A DNA stretch of 32,000 nucleotides, taken from positions 17,410 through 49,409 of the forward strand of contig NZ_JBHSTI010000009.1 of NCBI RefSeq assembly GCF_042660085.1. Direction: 5' to 3'. Below the pieces are notes generated by a model that saw nothing but the letters and a program-made list of their open reading frames with translations, did no database searches and was not told the origin of the DNA. Position 1 is the stretch's first letter. Every line of letters begins with the position of its first letter. This document shows, one piece after another, positions 18,359 to 25,804 of the stretch. This stretch comes from Longivirga aurantiaca. GTDB taxonomy: Bacteria > Actinomycetota > Actinomycetes > S36-B12 > CAIYMF01. Both the position numbers and the translations under genes were made by a program.

Positions 18359-19461
18359 CCGGCACCGTGTCGGACACCACGCACACGACCTTGACCCCTC
18401 GGCCCCGCCGCACAGTCGGCGAGGTCATCGAGGTGGCTGGTCTGCCCATCTTCCTCGTCCTCCTGGTCACGTTCTTCATGATCAACCCGGAGACCAAGGA
18501 CCTGTTCGCGGCGAAGCCGAACCTGATCAACATCCTGGGCAACCAGTCCGTGACAGGTCTGATCGCCCTGGCCATGGTGATCCCGCTGGTGTCCGGGTAT
18601 TTCGACCTGTCGGTGGCTGCCATCGCGGGGCTCGCGAACGTTGCCATCGCGTCGGCCATGGTCGACTACAAGCTGGCCCCTGCGCTCGCGATCCTTGTCG
18701 GGCTCCTGATCGGTCTGCTCGCCGGAGGAGTCAACGCGTTCCTCGTCGCGAAGCTCCGGCTGAACGGCTTCATCGCGACCCTGGGCACCTTCACCCTGCT
18801 GACCGGGCTGCTGCAGTGGTACACCAACGGCACCAGCATCTTCGGGGTGCCGAAGGACTTCGCCAACTGGGGCTCGCTCGCCTGGTTCGGAATCCCTCGA
18901 CCGTTCTACCTGCTCATCGTCGTCGCGCTGATCGTCTGGTACGCGCTCATGCACACGCCGAACGGCCGCCAGCTGGAGGCCATCGGATCCAACGAGAGCG
19001 CCGCTCGTCTGGTGGGCATCTCGGTGGATCGGCTCGTGGCGCTCAGCTTCCTGGGCTCCGCACTGGTGGCCTCGGTGGCAGGAGCCCTCCTCACCTCGCG
19101 ACAGGGCGGTGCTGACCCCACCGTCGCCTCCAACTACCTCTTCCCCGCACTCGCTGCCGTGTTCCTGGGTGCCACGACGATCCGCCCGGGTCGCTACAAC
19201 GTGTGGGGGACCATCATCGGCATCTTCACGCTTGCCGTGGCCATCAACGGTTTCACGTTCCTCGGCGCCGAGGCCTGGGTCACCAACGTGTTCAACGGTG
19301 CGGCCCTGGTCTTCTCCGTGGCCATCTCGACGCTGATGGGCCGCCAGCGGGAGCGCAAGGCAAAGCGCCTCCTGCAGCAGTCGGACGACGACCCGCCGCC
19401 GAGTCCCGCAACCGCGGGGTCAGGCGGACAACCCGCGGAAGCGACGTCCTCCGTGACGTAG
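18355..19461 (+). CDS. ABC transporter permease (RbsC/branched CUT2 type)
   Basis: Multi-pass hydrophobic protein with the GGFDLSV-like motif (SGYFDLSVAAIAG) and IGSNESAARLVGI. The start overlaps the ATPase stop (ATGA). It has an acidic, Pro-rich C-terminal tail. Confidence 0.9.
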   Translation: MTGTVSDTTHTTLTPRPRRTVGEVIEVAGLPIFLVLLVTFFMINPETKDLFAAKPNLINILGNQSVTGLIALAMVIPLVSGYFDLSVAAIAGLANVAIASAMVDYKLAPALAILVGLLIGLLAGGVNAFLVAKLRLNGFIATLGTFTLLTGLLQWYTNGTSIFGVPKDFANWGSLAWFGIPRPFYLLIVVALIVWYALMHTPNGRQLEAIGSNESAARLVGISVDRLVALSFLGSALVASVAGALLTSRQGGADPTVASNYLFPALAAVFLGATTIRPGRYNVWGTIIGIFTLAVAINGFTFLGAEAWVTNVFNGAALVFSVAISTLMGRQRERKAKRLLQQSDDDPPPSPATAGSGGQPAEATSSVT

Positions 19462-19594
19462 CCCGCCCCCAGACGGCACGACGCCGCGTGCCTGCTCTAC
19501 GGGACCTGCGCATCCGCGCCCGGCTCGATCGGGTGCGCTCGCCCTGAGGAAGTCCCATCCGTCCGGAGCAAGTCCTGTTTCCCTAGGAGCAACG

Positions 19595-20800
19595 TTGACC
19601 GTCCACAGGAGTTCCAAGCGCCTGCTGGGGATGGGTGCAGCGATCGTGCTGCTCTCCTCCGTTCTCGCAGCATGCGGCAGCTCGTCGGATGCCCCCCCGA
19701 GCAGCAGCGCGGCATCGACCTCGGCCACGTCCGGCACCTCCGAGTCGGCGACCCCCTCGTCCGACACGGCCTGGGCCGACGCGATCGCGACCCAGTTCGT
19801 GGGCAACCCGCCGTCGACGGGCCCGGCGCCCGTCAAGGGCAAGAACGTCTGGTGGATGGGGTGCGGCAACGCCGTCCCTGACTGCAAGACCCTCTCCGAC
19901 GCCGGTGGCGAGGCAGCGAAGCTGCTGGGCTGGGACTTCCACGTCGCTGACGGCAAGGTGAACCAGGGTGGTGGCTACGCCGCCGCGATCCGCACCGCGC
20001 TGGCTGCCAAGCCCGACGCGCTTGTCATCCAGGGCATGGACTGCTCGGTGGTCCAGCAGGCGCTGCAGGAGGCCAAGGACCAGAACGTGCCGGTCTTCGG
20101 TCTCCAGTCGCTCGACTGCAACGAGATCGACCCGTCGCAGCCGTCGCTCATCCCCTGGAAGATGGTCTACAGCGAGGCCGCGCCGACCGTGCAGGACTAC
20201 TACATGGCGGCCGGCAAGAACGCTGCGGCGTACCTCATCGGCTCGTCCGGCGGCACCGCGCAGGTCATCGCGAACCTGGGCAAGGGCGGCTTCTACGAGT
20301 ACATGAACAAGGGCTTCCGCGACGAGATGGCCACCTGCTCGGGCTGCAAGATCCTGCAGGAGGTCCGCTGGGCCGACGCCGACACCGTGCCGAACGGCCC
20401 GTGGATCCAGGCGTTCACCGTCGCCCTGGCCAAGAACCCGACAGCGACCGGCGTCTTCATCCCGTTCGACTCGCTCATCACCGGCAGCGGCGGCAACCAG
20501 GCCATCAAGGACAGCGGCCTGGACATCACCCTCGCCGGCGGCTCGGGCAACCAGCCCGAGCTCCTGCAGGCCGTGCGTGACGGCGCCAAGCTGGGCCTCA
20601 CGAACGCTCAGAGCTTCCCGTGGCTCTCGTTCGGCGTCATGGACAACGTGAACCGGTACTTCGCCGGCGAGCAGCCCGTGGCCCAGGGCGTCGGCCCGAC
20701 GCTCATCGACGCGAACCACAACCTGCCCGCCGAGGGCGAGCTCTTCAACGGCACGACCGACTGGAAGACCGCATACAAGACCCTCTGGGGCGCCAGCTGA
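19595..20800 (+). CDS. Substrate-binding lipoprotein of the ABC transporter (type I periplasmic-binding-protein fold)
   Basis: TTG start follows AGGAG plus 5 nt. Signal peptide with lipobox LAAC (MTVHRSSKRLLGMGAAIVLLSSVLAAC), a Ser/Thr/Ala/Pro linker and a PBP-like body. Six further Cys, including CSGC. Confidence 0.8.
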   Translation: MTVHRSSKRLLGMGAAIVLLSSVLAACGSSSDAPPSSSAASTSATSGTSESATPSSDTAWADAIATQFVGNPPSTGPAPVKGKNVWWMGCGNAVPDCKTLSDAGGEAAKLLGWDFHVADGKVNQGGGYAAAIRTALAAKPDALVIQGMDCSVVQQALQEAKDQNVPVFGLQSLDCNEIDPSQPSLIPWKMVYSEAAPTVQDYYMAAGKNAAAYLIGSSGGTAQVIANLGKGGFYEYMNKGFRDEMATCSGCKILQEVRWADADTVPNGPWIQAFTVALAKNPTATGVFIPFDSLITGSGGNQAIKDSGLDITLAGGSGNQPELLQAVRDGAKLGLTNAQSFPWLSFGVMDNVNRYFAGEQPVAQGVGPTLIDANHNLPAEGELFNGTTDWKTAYKTLWGAS

Positions 20801-20832
20801 TCGTGCACGGCTAGTTCGCAACCAACGCTGGT

Positions 20833-20858
20833 GGGGTCCGTCGGAGACGACGGGCCCC
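20833..20858 (+). terminator. Hairpin after the binding-protein gene (10-bp stem with one G-U, 6-nt loop)
   Basis: GGGGTCCGTC (20833-20842) pairs with GACGGGCCCC (20849-20858). The downstream T-run is weak (GCGCTTTCCC). Confidence 0.35.
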
Positions 20859-20884
20859 ATCAGCGCTTTCCCGGAGGAGCCAGC

Positions 20885-21475
20885 ATGGACGACCGGCAGG
20901 CGATAGCAGAGCTTCTGGCCAAGCAGCAGATCGTCGATGCCATGGCGCGCTACGCGCGGGGCATCGATCGTCGCGACGAGGCGCTCGTGCGCTCGGCGTA
21001 CCACGAGGATTCGATCGACAACCATGGGTACGGCAACGACTCCAGCGGGTGGGGTCTGGCCGCCAAGGTCCGCACCGACGGCACCGGTTTCCCCGTGGAG
21101 TGGTACAGCACGACGCACATGCTCGGTCAGCACCACATCGAGGTCGACGGCGACCGAGCCGTGAGCGAGGTCTATTTCGAGTCGGTGTCCCGCCTGCGCG
21201 ACCCGGAGGGCCGCGAGTGGCGGATCACGTGCTCGGGCCGCTATCTGGATCGGTGGACGCGACGTGACGGCCAGTTCCGCATCTCCGAGCGCACCGTGGT
21301 CTACGACGGCGAGGTCCACACAGAGCCGGTGCTCGCCAACTGGCCCGGCCCGGATCCCGCGGTACCCAAGGGTGTCTGGGGCGGGGAGTCGATCCCGGTC
21401 GACGCCGTGAAGGCGACGGCGATGGGAACGGCGGGGGAGGATGATCCCAGCTATCGGTTGTTCCGGCGCGGCTAG
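20885..21475 (+). CDS. NTF2-superfamily (SnoaL_4-like) protein A
   Basis: MDDRQAIAELLAKQQIVDAMARYARGIDRRDEALVRSAYHEDSIDNHG ... GRYLDRWTRRDGQFRISERTVVYD is a typical SnoaL-like pattern. ATG at 20885 follows GGAGGAG. It is a paralogue of 22050..22598. Confidence 0.75.
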   Translation: MDDRQAIAELLAKQQIVDAMARYARGIDRRDEALVRSAYHEDSIDNHGYGNDSSGWGLAAKVRTDGTGFPVEWYSTTHMLGQHHIEVDGDRAVSEVYFESVSRLRDPEGREWRITCSGRYLDRWTRRDGQFRISERTVVYDGEVHTEPVLANWPGPDPAVPKGVWGGESIPVDAVKATAMGTAGEDDPSYRLFRRG

Positions 21476-22053
21476 AGCCGGTGGCGGCCGAGGAAGGCCT
21501 GGTAGCTCGCCAGCGACTCCGGGAGGTCGGCGGGCTGAGGCTCGCTCCCTGGCCAGCGGCGCCGGGGAAGACGCGGGTCCATCGTCGGCAGGTCGGCCAG
21601 CGGCATGACGTAGTAGAAGCGTGCTTCTCGCGAGCCGAGGAGCCATGCCCCCGAGGCACGCGTGTAGGTGTCCAGGTAGCGGTGCGCGGCAAGCACGATC
21701 CCGCGGTCCACCATGTGCTCCGCATGGGCGAGCACGGTGCCGCGTGCCGTGTCGGGAGTGTCGAACTCGATGATGGCCCCGTGGATCACGTGGTACGTGG
21801 GCCCGAAGTCCGCGAGCCGCGAGGCGAACTGCCGAGCCATCGCCTCGTGGCCCTCGGTGCGGCGGCCGCTCGACAGGAAGTACCCGTCCTCCGCGTAGCA
21901 GCCCACCAGCGCGTCGATGTCACGGTCGTCGCAGGCCATGCAGTAGCGGAGCAGGAGATCGTCGATGGCCTGGCGGCTCTCGACCCGGTCGAGGCGCTCC
22001 AGCAGCGTCGGACGCTCGCGCGCCCCGGACCCTGGATCGCCGCGTCCGGTCAT
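21472..22053 (-). CDS. NTF2-superfamily (SnoaL_4-like) protein B
   Basis: RQAIDDLLLRYCMACDDRDIDALVGCYAEDGYF ... HRYLDTYTRASGAWLLGSREARF. The start overlaps the upstream gene's stop (ATGA). Confidence 0.7.
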   Translation of the reverse strand: MTGRGDPGSGARERPTLLERLDRVESRQAIDDLLLRYCMACDDRDIDALVGCYAEDGYFLSSGRRTEGHEAMARQFASRLADFGPTYHVIHGAIIEFDTPDTARGTVLAHAEHMVDRGIVLAAHRYLDTYTRASGAWLLGSREARFYYVMPLADLPTMDPRLPRRRWPGSEPQPADLPESLASYQAFLGRHRL

Positions 22054-22598
22054 CGCAAGGCCTCGAGGCGCAGGACGTAGCTCGGGTCGGAGGCGTCGCG
22101 CGTCCCGACCACGAAGTCGTCGGGAAAGGGCATCCGCCGGCTGGGGCGATCACCGGGGACCAGAGCAGACTGGCCCGCCCAGTCGTAGATCACGGTCCGG
22201 TGCGCGATTCGCCATTCGCCTGAACGACATTCGAAGCGATCCTCGTATCGGCAGCCGATGAGCAGGACGGCCTGGCTTCCGCCCGTGTCCGCGTGGCCAA
22301 CATGGAAGCCGACTGCCGTGGTCTCCGCCCAGGCGACGTCGCCGCGCAGCTCTACCAGGGGTGGGGAGGTGGTGTGACTGGTCGCAACCCACATCGCCGG
22401 GTCGGACGTCGACACGAGCTCGGCGAAGTCGCGGGCAGATCCCCGGAACATGTTGTGGTCGTCGGTTGCATCAGGGTGGTAGCACGCCAGCATGAGCTCG
22501 CGGTCGCGTCGGTCGGTACCGCGGGCAAGTCGCAGGATGACCTGCGCGATCTCCACGCGGGCCGCGAGCTCCTCGAGCCTTGCCTCGTGGTCCGTCAT
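22050..22598 (-). CDS. NTF2-superfamily (SnoaL_4-like) protein C
   Basis: EIAQVILRLARGTDRRDRELMLACYHPDATDDHN ... CRYEDRFECRSGEWRIAHRTVIYD ... DASDPSY. It shares the YH.D...DH and DPSY motifs with protein A. Confidence 0.75.
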   Translation of the reverse strand: MTDHEARLEELAARVEIAQVILRLARGTDRRDRELMLACYHPDATDDHNMFRGSARDFAELVSTSDPAMWVATSHTTSPPLVELRGDVAWAETTAVGFHVGHADTGGSQAVLLIGCRYEDRFECRSGEWRIAHRTVIYDWAGQSALVPGDRPSRRMPFPDDFVVGTRDASDPSYVLRLEALR

Positions 22599-22602
22599 GA
22601 CA

Positions 22603-23370
22603 TCAGCCCAGCTCGCGGGGCGGCACGACCGACATCAGGCCGCCGTCAGCGACGAACTCGGAGCCGGTGCAGTAGGACGCCTCGTCCGAGAGGAGGAAGG
22701 CCACCACCTCGGCGAGCTCACGAGGGTGGCCGGTGCGTCCGAGCGCGACGTTCGCCGGCTGCTGTCCGGCTGCTGCCTGGTTGTCCCAGTCGGGACGACT
22801 GAGCGGGGTGTCGACGTAGCCCGGGAACACGCTGTTGATCCGGACGCCCATGACGCCGAGCTCATGCACCAGGGTCTTGGTCAGTCCACGGATCGCGTAC
22901 TTGCTCGTGGAGTAGGCGACGTTGCTGCGAAGGCCGGCGAGACCGGCGCAGGACGAGATGTTCACGATGGACCCGGATCCTGATTCGCGCAGGTGCGGCA
23001 ACGCGGCCTTGATGCCGAGGAACGGGCCGACCGTGTTGACTGCCAGGATCCTGGTCATCTCGGCGCCGTCCGTGTCCAGCAGGCCGTGCCCCGTGGCGAT
23101 GCCGGCGTTGTTGACCAGCCCGTCGATGCGGCCGTAGCGCTTCACCGCTTCGGCGACGTAGCTGTCCCACGATGCTGCATCTGCGACGTCCAGGTGCACC
23201 GCGAGCGCCGCAGCCCCGAGCTCCGCGGCCCGTGCGTCAGCCGCGTCCAGGACGATGTCGCCGAGGACGACGCTCCCACCCTCGCGCACGATCGCTGCGG
23301 CGGTGGCGGCACCGATGCCGTTGCCGCCACCCGTGATGAGCACGACGCGCCCCTGATGGCGTGCGGTCAT
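22603..23370 (-). CDS. SDR, 3-alpha(or 20-beta)-hydroxysteroid dehydrogenase-like
   Basis: TGGGNGIGAA, NNAG, NISSCAG, YSTSKYAIRG, PGYVDTP. The overall pattern resembles FabG3/20-beta-HSD-type SDRs. Confidence 0.85.
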   Translation of the reverse strand: MTARHQGRVVLITGGGNGIGAATAAAIVREGGSVVLGDIVLDAADARAAELGAAALAVHLDVADAASWDSYVAEAVKRYGRIDGLVNNAGIATGHGLLDTDGAEMTRILAVNTVGPFLGIKAALPHLRESGSGSIVNISSCAGLAGLRSNVAYSTSKYAIRGLTKTLVHELGVMGVRINSVFPGYVDTPLSRPDWDNQAAAGQQPANVALGRTGHPRELAEVVAFLLSDEASYCTGSEFVADGGLMSVVPPRELG

Positions 23371-23409
23371 GGCAGCCTCCCGTGCTTCGAGTGGTGGATC
23401 GGGTCGCGG

Positions 23410-24645
23410 TTACGCGGTCGGGATGTCCTTGAAGGGGATTCCTCGGTCGGCGCGTGGACCGGAGGGCAGGCCGAGGATGCGCTCGGCGATGATGCCGCGC
23501 TGGATCTCGTTGGAACCGCCGGCGATGCGGTAGCCCAGCGCGCCGAGAACGTGCTCGTGCCAGAGATAGGTCTCGGGTTCGCCGGTGTCGGCGACCAGGC
23601 GCGGTCCCAGGATCTGGGCGACCGTCTCACTGATCTGCACCATGCCCTCGACCCACTGGAGCTTGCGCATCGAGCCCTCGGGGCCACGCGGCGTGCCCCG
23701 TAGCCGCGCGCTGAGGTCGCGGGCGACATCCACCTTGGCAAGGACGTGACGTGTGTACGCGTCGGCGAGCATGGGACGCACGCTCGGGTCGCCCGTGCGG
23801 CCCATGGCCTCGGCGAGTGCGAGCACCTGGATCCAGGACCCGCCCAGCGTGGTGTCGTCCCCGGACGCGTCACGCTCGAAGCCGAGCATGGTCGTGGCGA
23901 CCTTCCAGCCGCCCCCCACCTCGCCCACGCGGTACTCGTCCGACAGTCGCACGTCGTCGAGGAACACCTCGTTGAAGCAGGAGCCACCGGTCATCTGACG
24001 GAGCGGCCGGACGTCCACGCCCGGAGTCTCGAGCGGGAGCAGGAACGCCGTGATTCCGGCGTGCTTGACGACGTCGACGTCCGAACGGGCGAGCAGCAGG
24101 CCGTAGCCGGCGAACTGCGCTCCGCTGGACCACACCTTCTGCCCCGAGATGGACCAGCCGCCGTCGTCGAGCCGGGTGGCACGAGTCGTCAGACCGGCGA
24201 GGTCGCTCCCCGCAGCCGGCTCGGAGAACAGCTGCGCGCAGACGAGCTCGGACCGGGCGAGCGGTCCGACGAACGTCGCTCTCTGCTCGTCGGTCCCGAG
24301 CAGCCGCAGCATCGGAGCAACGAGACGCGTCGTGATCGGCAGCAGGTCGTGGTGGGGTACGTCGTACTCCGCCTCGACAGCCGAGACGGCGTCGGCGTGG
24401 GCCCGCGTCAGTCCGTGACCACCGAACTCCTCGGACCAGTCGAGCCCGGCGAGGCGGTTGTCCCACTTCGCCTGCAGCCAGGCCCGGGCCTCGTCCAACA
24501 GCCGCACCTCGTCGTCGTGCGAGGTGTCGGTGAAGATCGCGACGCTCCACGGCTTGCCCGACCGCGACTCGGTGTCGAGCCGCTTCGGGACTCGGTCGTC
24601 GAACCACGCGCGCGCGCGGTGGGCGGTCTCCTCGACAGTCTCCAC
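23410..24645 (-). CDS. Acyl-CoA dehydrogenase, FAD-binding/catalytic-type subunit
   Basis: FSEPAAGSDLAG ... GQKVWSSGA (FAD/substrate motifs), LGFERD (Glu at the IVD/LCAD-type base position), C-terminal IAGGSNEIQRGIIAERILGLP. GTG at 24645 follows AGGAG plus 5 nt. The ORF track extends to 25125. Confidence 0.88.
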   Translation of the reverse strand: METVEETAHRARAWFDDRVPKRLDTESRSGKPWSVAIFTDTSHDDEVRLLDEARAWLQAKWDNRLAGLDWSEEFGGHGLTRAHADAVSAVEAEYDVPHHDLLPITTRLVAPMLRLLGTDEQRATFVGPLARSELVCAQLFSEPAAGSDLAGLTTRATRLDDGGWSISGQKVWSSGAQFAGYGLLLARSDVDVVKHAGITAFLLPLETPGVDVRPLRQMTGGSCFNEVFLDDVRLSDEYRVGEVGGGWKVATTMLGFERDASGDDTTLGGSWIQVLALAEAMGRTGDPSVRPMLADAYTRHVLAKVDVARDLSARLRGTPRGPEGSMRKLQWVEGMVQISETVAQILGPRLVADTGEPETYLWHEHVLGALGYRIAGGSNEIQRGIIAERILGLPSGPRADRGIPFKDIPTA

Positions 24646-24658
24646 GTCGGCTCCTGGC

Positions 24659-25804
24659 TCAGAGGGCGAGCGACTGCAGCAGCCGCTCGCGGTGGAAGGC
24701 GGGGGAGCCGAGCGCGACTCGGGACGCGAGGGCGCGGCGGTAGTAGCGGTGCGCCTGGTGCTCCCACGTGAACCCGATGCCGCCGTGGATCTGGATCGTC
24801 TCCAGCGCCGCCAGGTAGAACGTCTCGGAGCACACGACACCGGAGATCGAGGCGGCTTCGGCGCGCTGTCGCGGATCCGCCGGCGCGGCAGAGACGGCGT
24901 ACTCGACCGCGGAGGCGGCGGTGTCGATGGAGATCGCCAGATCGGCCAGCCTGTGCTGCAGCGCCTGGAACGACCCGATGGGCTGGCCGAACTGGAAGCG
25001 GGTCGAGGCGTAGGCGACGGTGAGGTCGAGGAGGTGACGACTCGCCCCCAGCTGCTCGCACGCCGCGGCCGCCACCGCCGCATCGAGCACCGGAGCGAGG
25101 AGGTCGTCGCAGCGGCCGACAGCACCGACCAGTCGCGCCGGTGTGGACTCCAACCTCAGCAGTGCCTGCGGCCTGGTGGTGTCCACGACGGACATGGCAG
25201 AGCGGGAGAGGCCGCGGGCGTCCGACGCCACCAGGAACCAGCCGTGCTCGTCGTCGGAGGTTCGGGCCAGCAGAAGGATCGCGTCGGCCACTGTGCCGTA
25301 GGGGACGAAGGGCTGGTCGCCGGTCAGGACCCAGGCGCCGTCGACGCCGAGCTCGGCGGCGACGGCCGACCGGCTCACCGGCGCGAGAACGGAGTCGTCG
25401 CCCAGCGCGACAGCGACGACCGTGCTGCCGTCGACGATCCCGGGCAGGATGTCGCCGGCAGCGCCTTCGTCCCCGGCGGCGAGGACCAGCGTCACCGCCA
25501 CGACGCAGCTCGGGGCGAACGGCACGCACGCCAGACTGCTGCCGAGCGCCTCCAGCACGACACGCGCCTCCGCCCACCCGAGGCCGAGCCCGCCGTGCGC
25601 CTCGGGAACCAGCACGCCGGTGACGCCGAGGTCCTGTGCCAGCGTGCGCCACAGCGGGGCGTCGAGGCCGTCGAGGCCGTCGGCCACCGCGGCCACGCGC
25701 TCGATGGGGGACTCGGCAGCCAGCACCGATCGCACGGCTTCGGCCATCGAGCGCAGCTCGTCCGTCGGCTCCGTCAGCAGCAGCGCGCCGGCTGTGGTGC
25801 TCAT
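24659..25804 (-). CDS. Acyl-CoA dehydrogenase-family protein, degenerate (non-FAD-binding type) subunit
   Basis: ACAD N- and C-terminal signatures are present (PEAHGGLGLG; IQIHGGIGFTWEHQAHRYYRRA), but the S/T-E-P-x-x-G-S-D motif and both usual catalytic-Glu positions are missing. ATG at 25804 overlaps the CoA-ligase stop (ATGA). Confidence 0.8.
   Translation of the reverse strand: MSTTAGALLLTEPTDELRSMAEAVRSVLAAESPIERVAAVADGLDGLDAPLWRTLAQDLGVTGVLVPEAHGGLGLGWAEARVVLEALGSSLACVPFAPSCVVAVTLVLAAGDEGAAGDILPGIVDGSTVVAVALGDDSVLAPVSRSAVAAELGVDGAWVLTGDQPFVPYGTVADAILLLARTSDDEHGWFLVASDARGLSRSAMSVVDTTRPQALLRLESTPARLVGAVGRCDDLLAPVLDAAVAAAACEQLGASRHLLDLTVAYASTRFQFGQPIGSFQALQHRLADLAISIDTAASAVEYAVSAAPADPRQRAEAASISGVVCSETFYLAALETIQIHGGIGFTWEHQAHRYYRRALASRVALGSPAFHRERLLQSLAL

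Noticed and set aside
19615-19624. Operator-like CAAGCGCCTG (9 of 10 core positions) 20 nt inside the binding-protein gene, just after a TTGACC
   Set aside because: It lies within coding sequence, where the signal-peptide codons SKRLLG constrain it. The flanks match the 16-mer poorly (about 11 of 16). I cannot exclude a roadblock site, but the evidence is too weak to call.
16733-20800. Naming the ABC system rbsACB (ribose transporter)
   Set aside because: Only the CUT2 architecture is recognisable. The receptor shows no sequence I can tie to RbsB, and the genomic and regulatory context argues against a simple ribose role, so no gene symbols are assigned.
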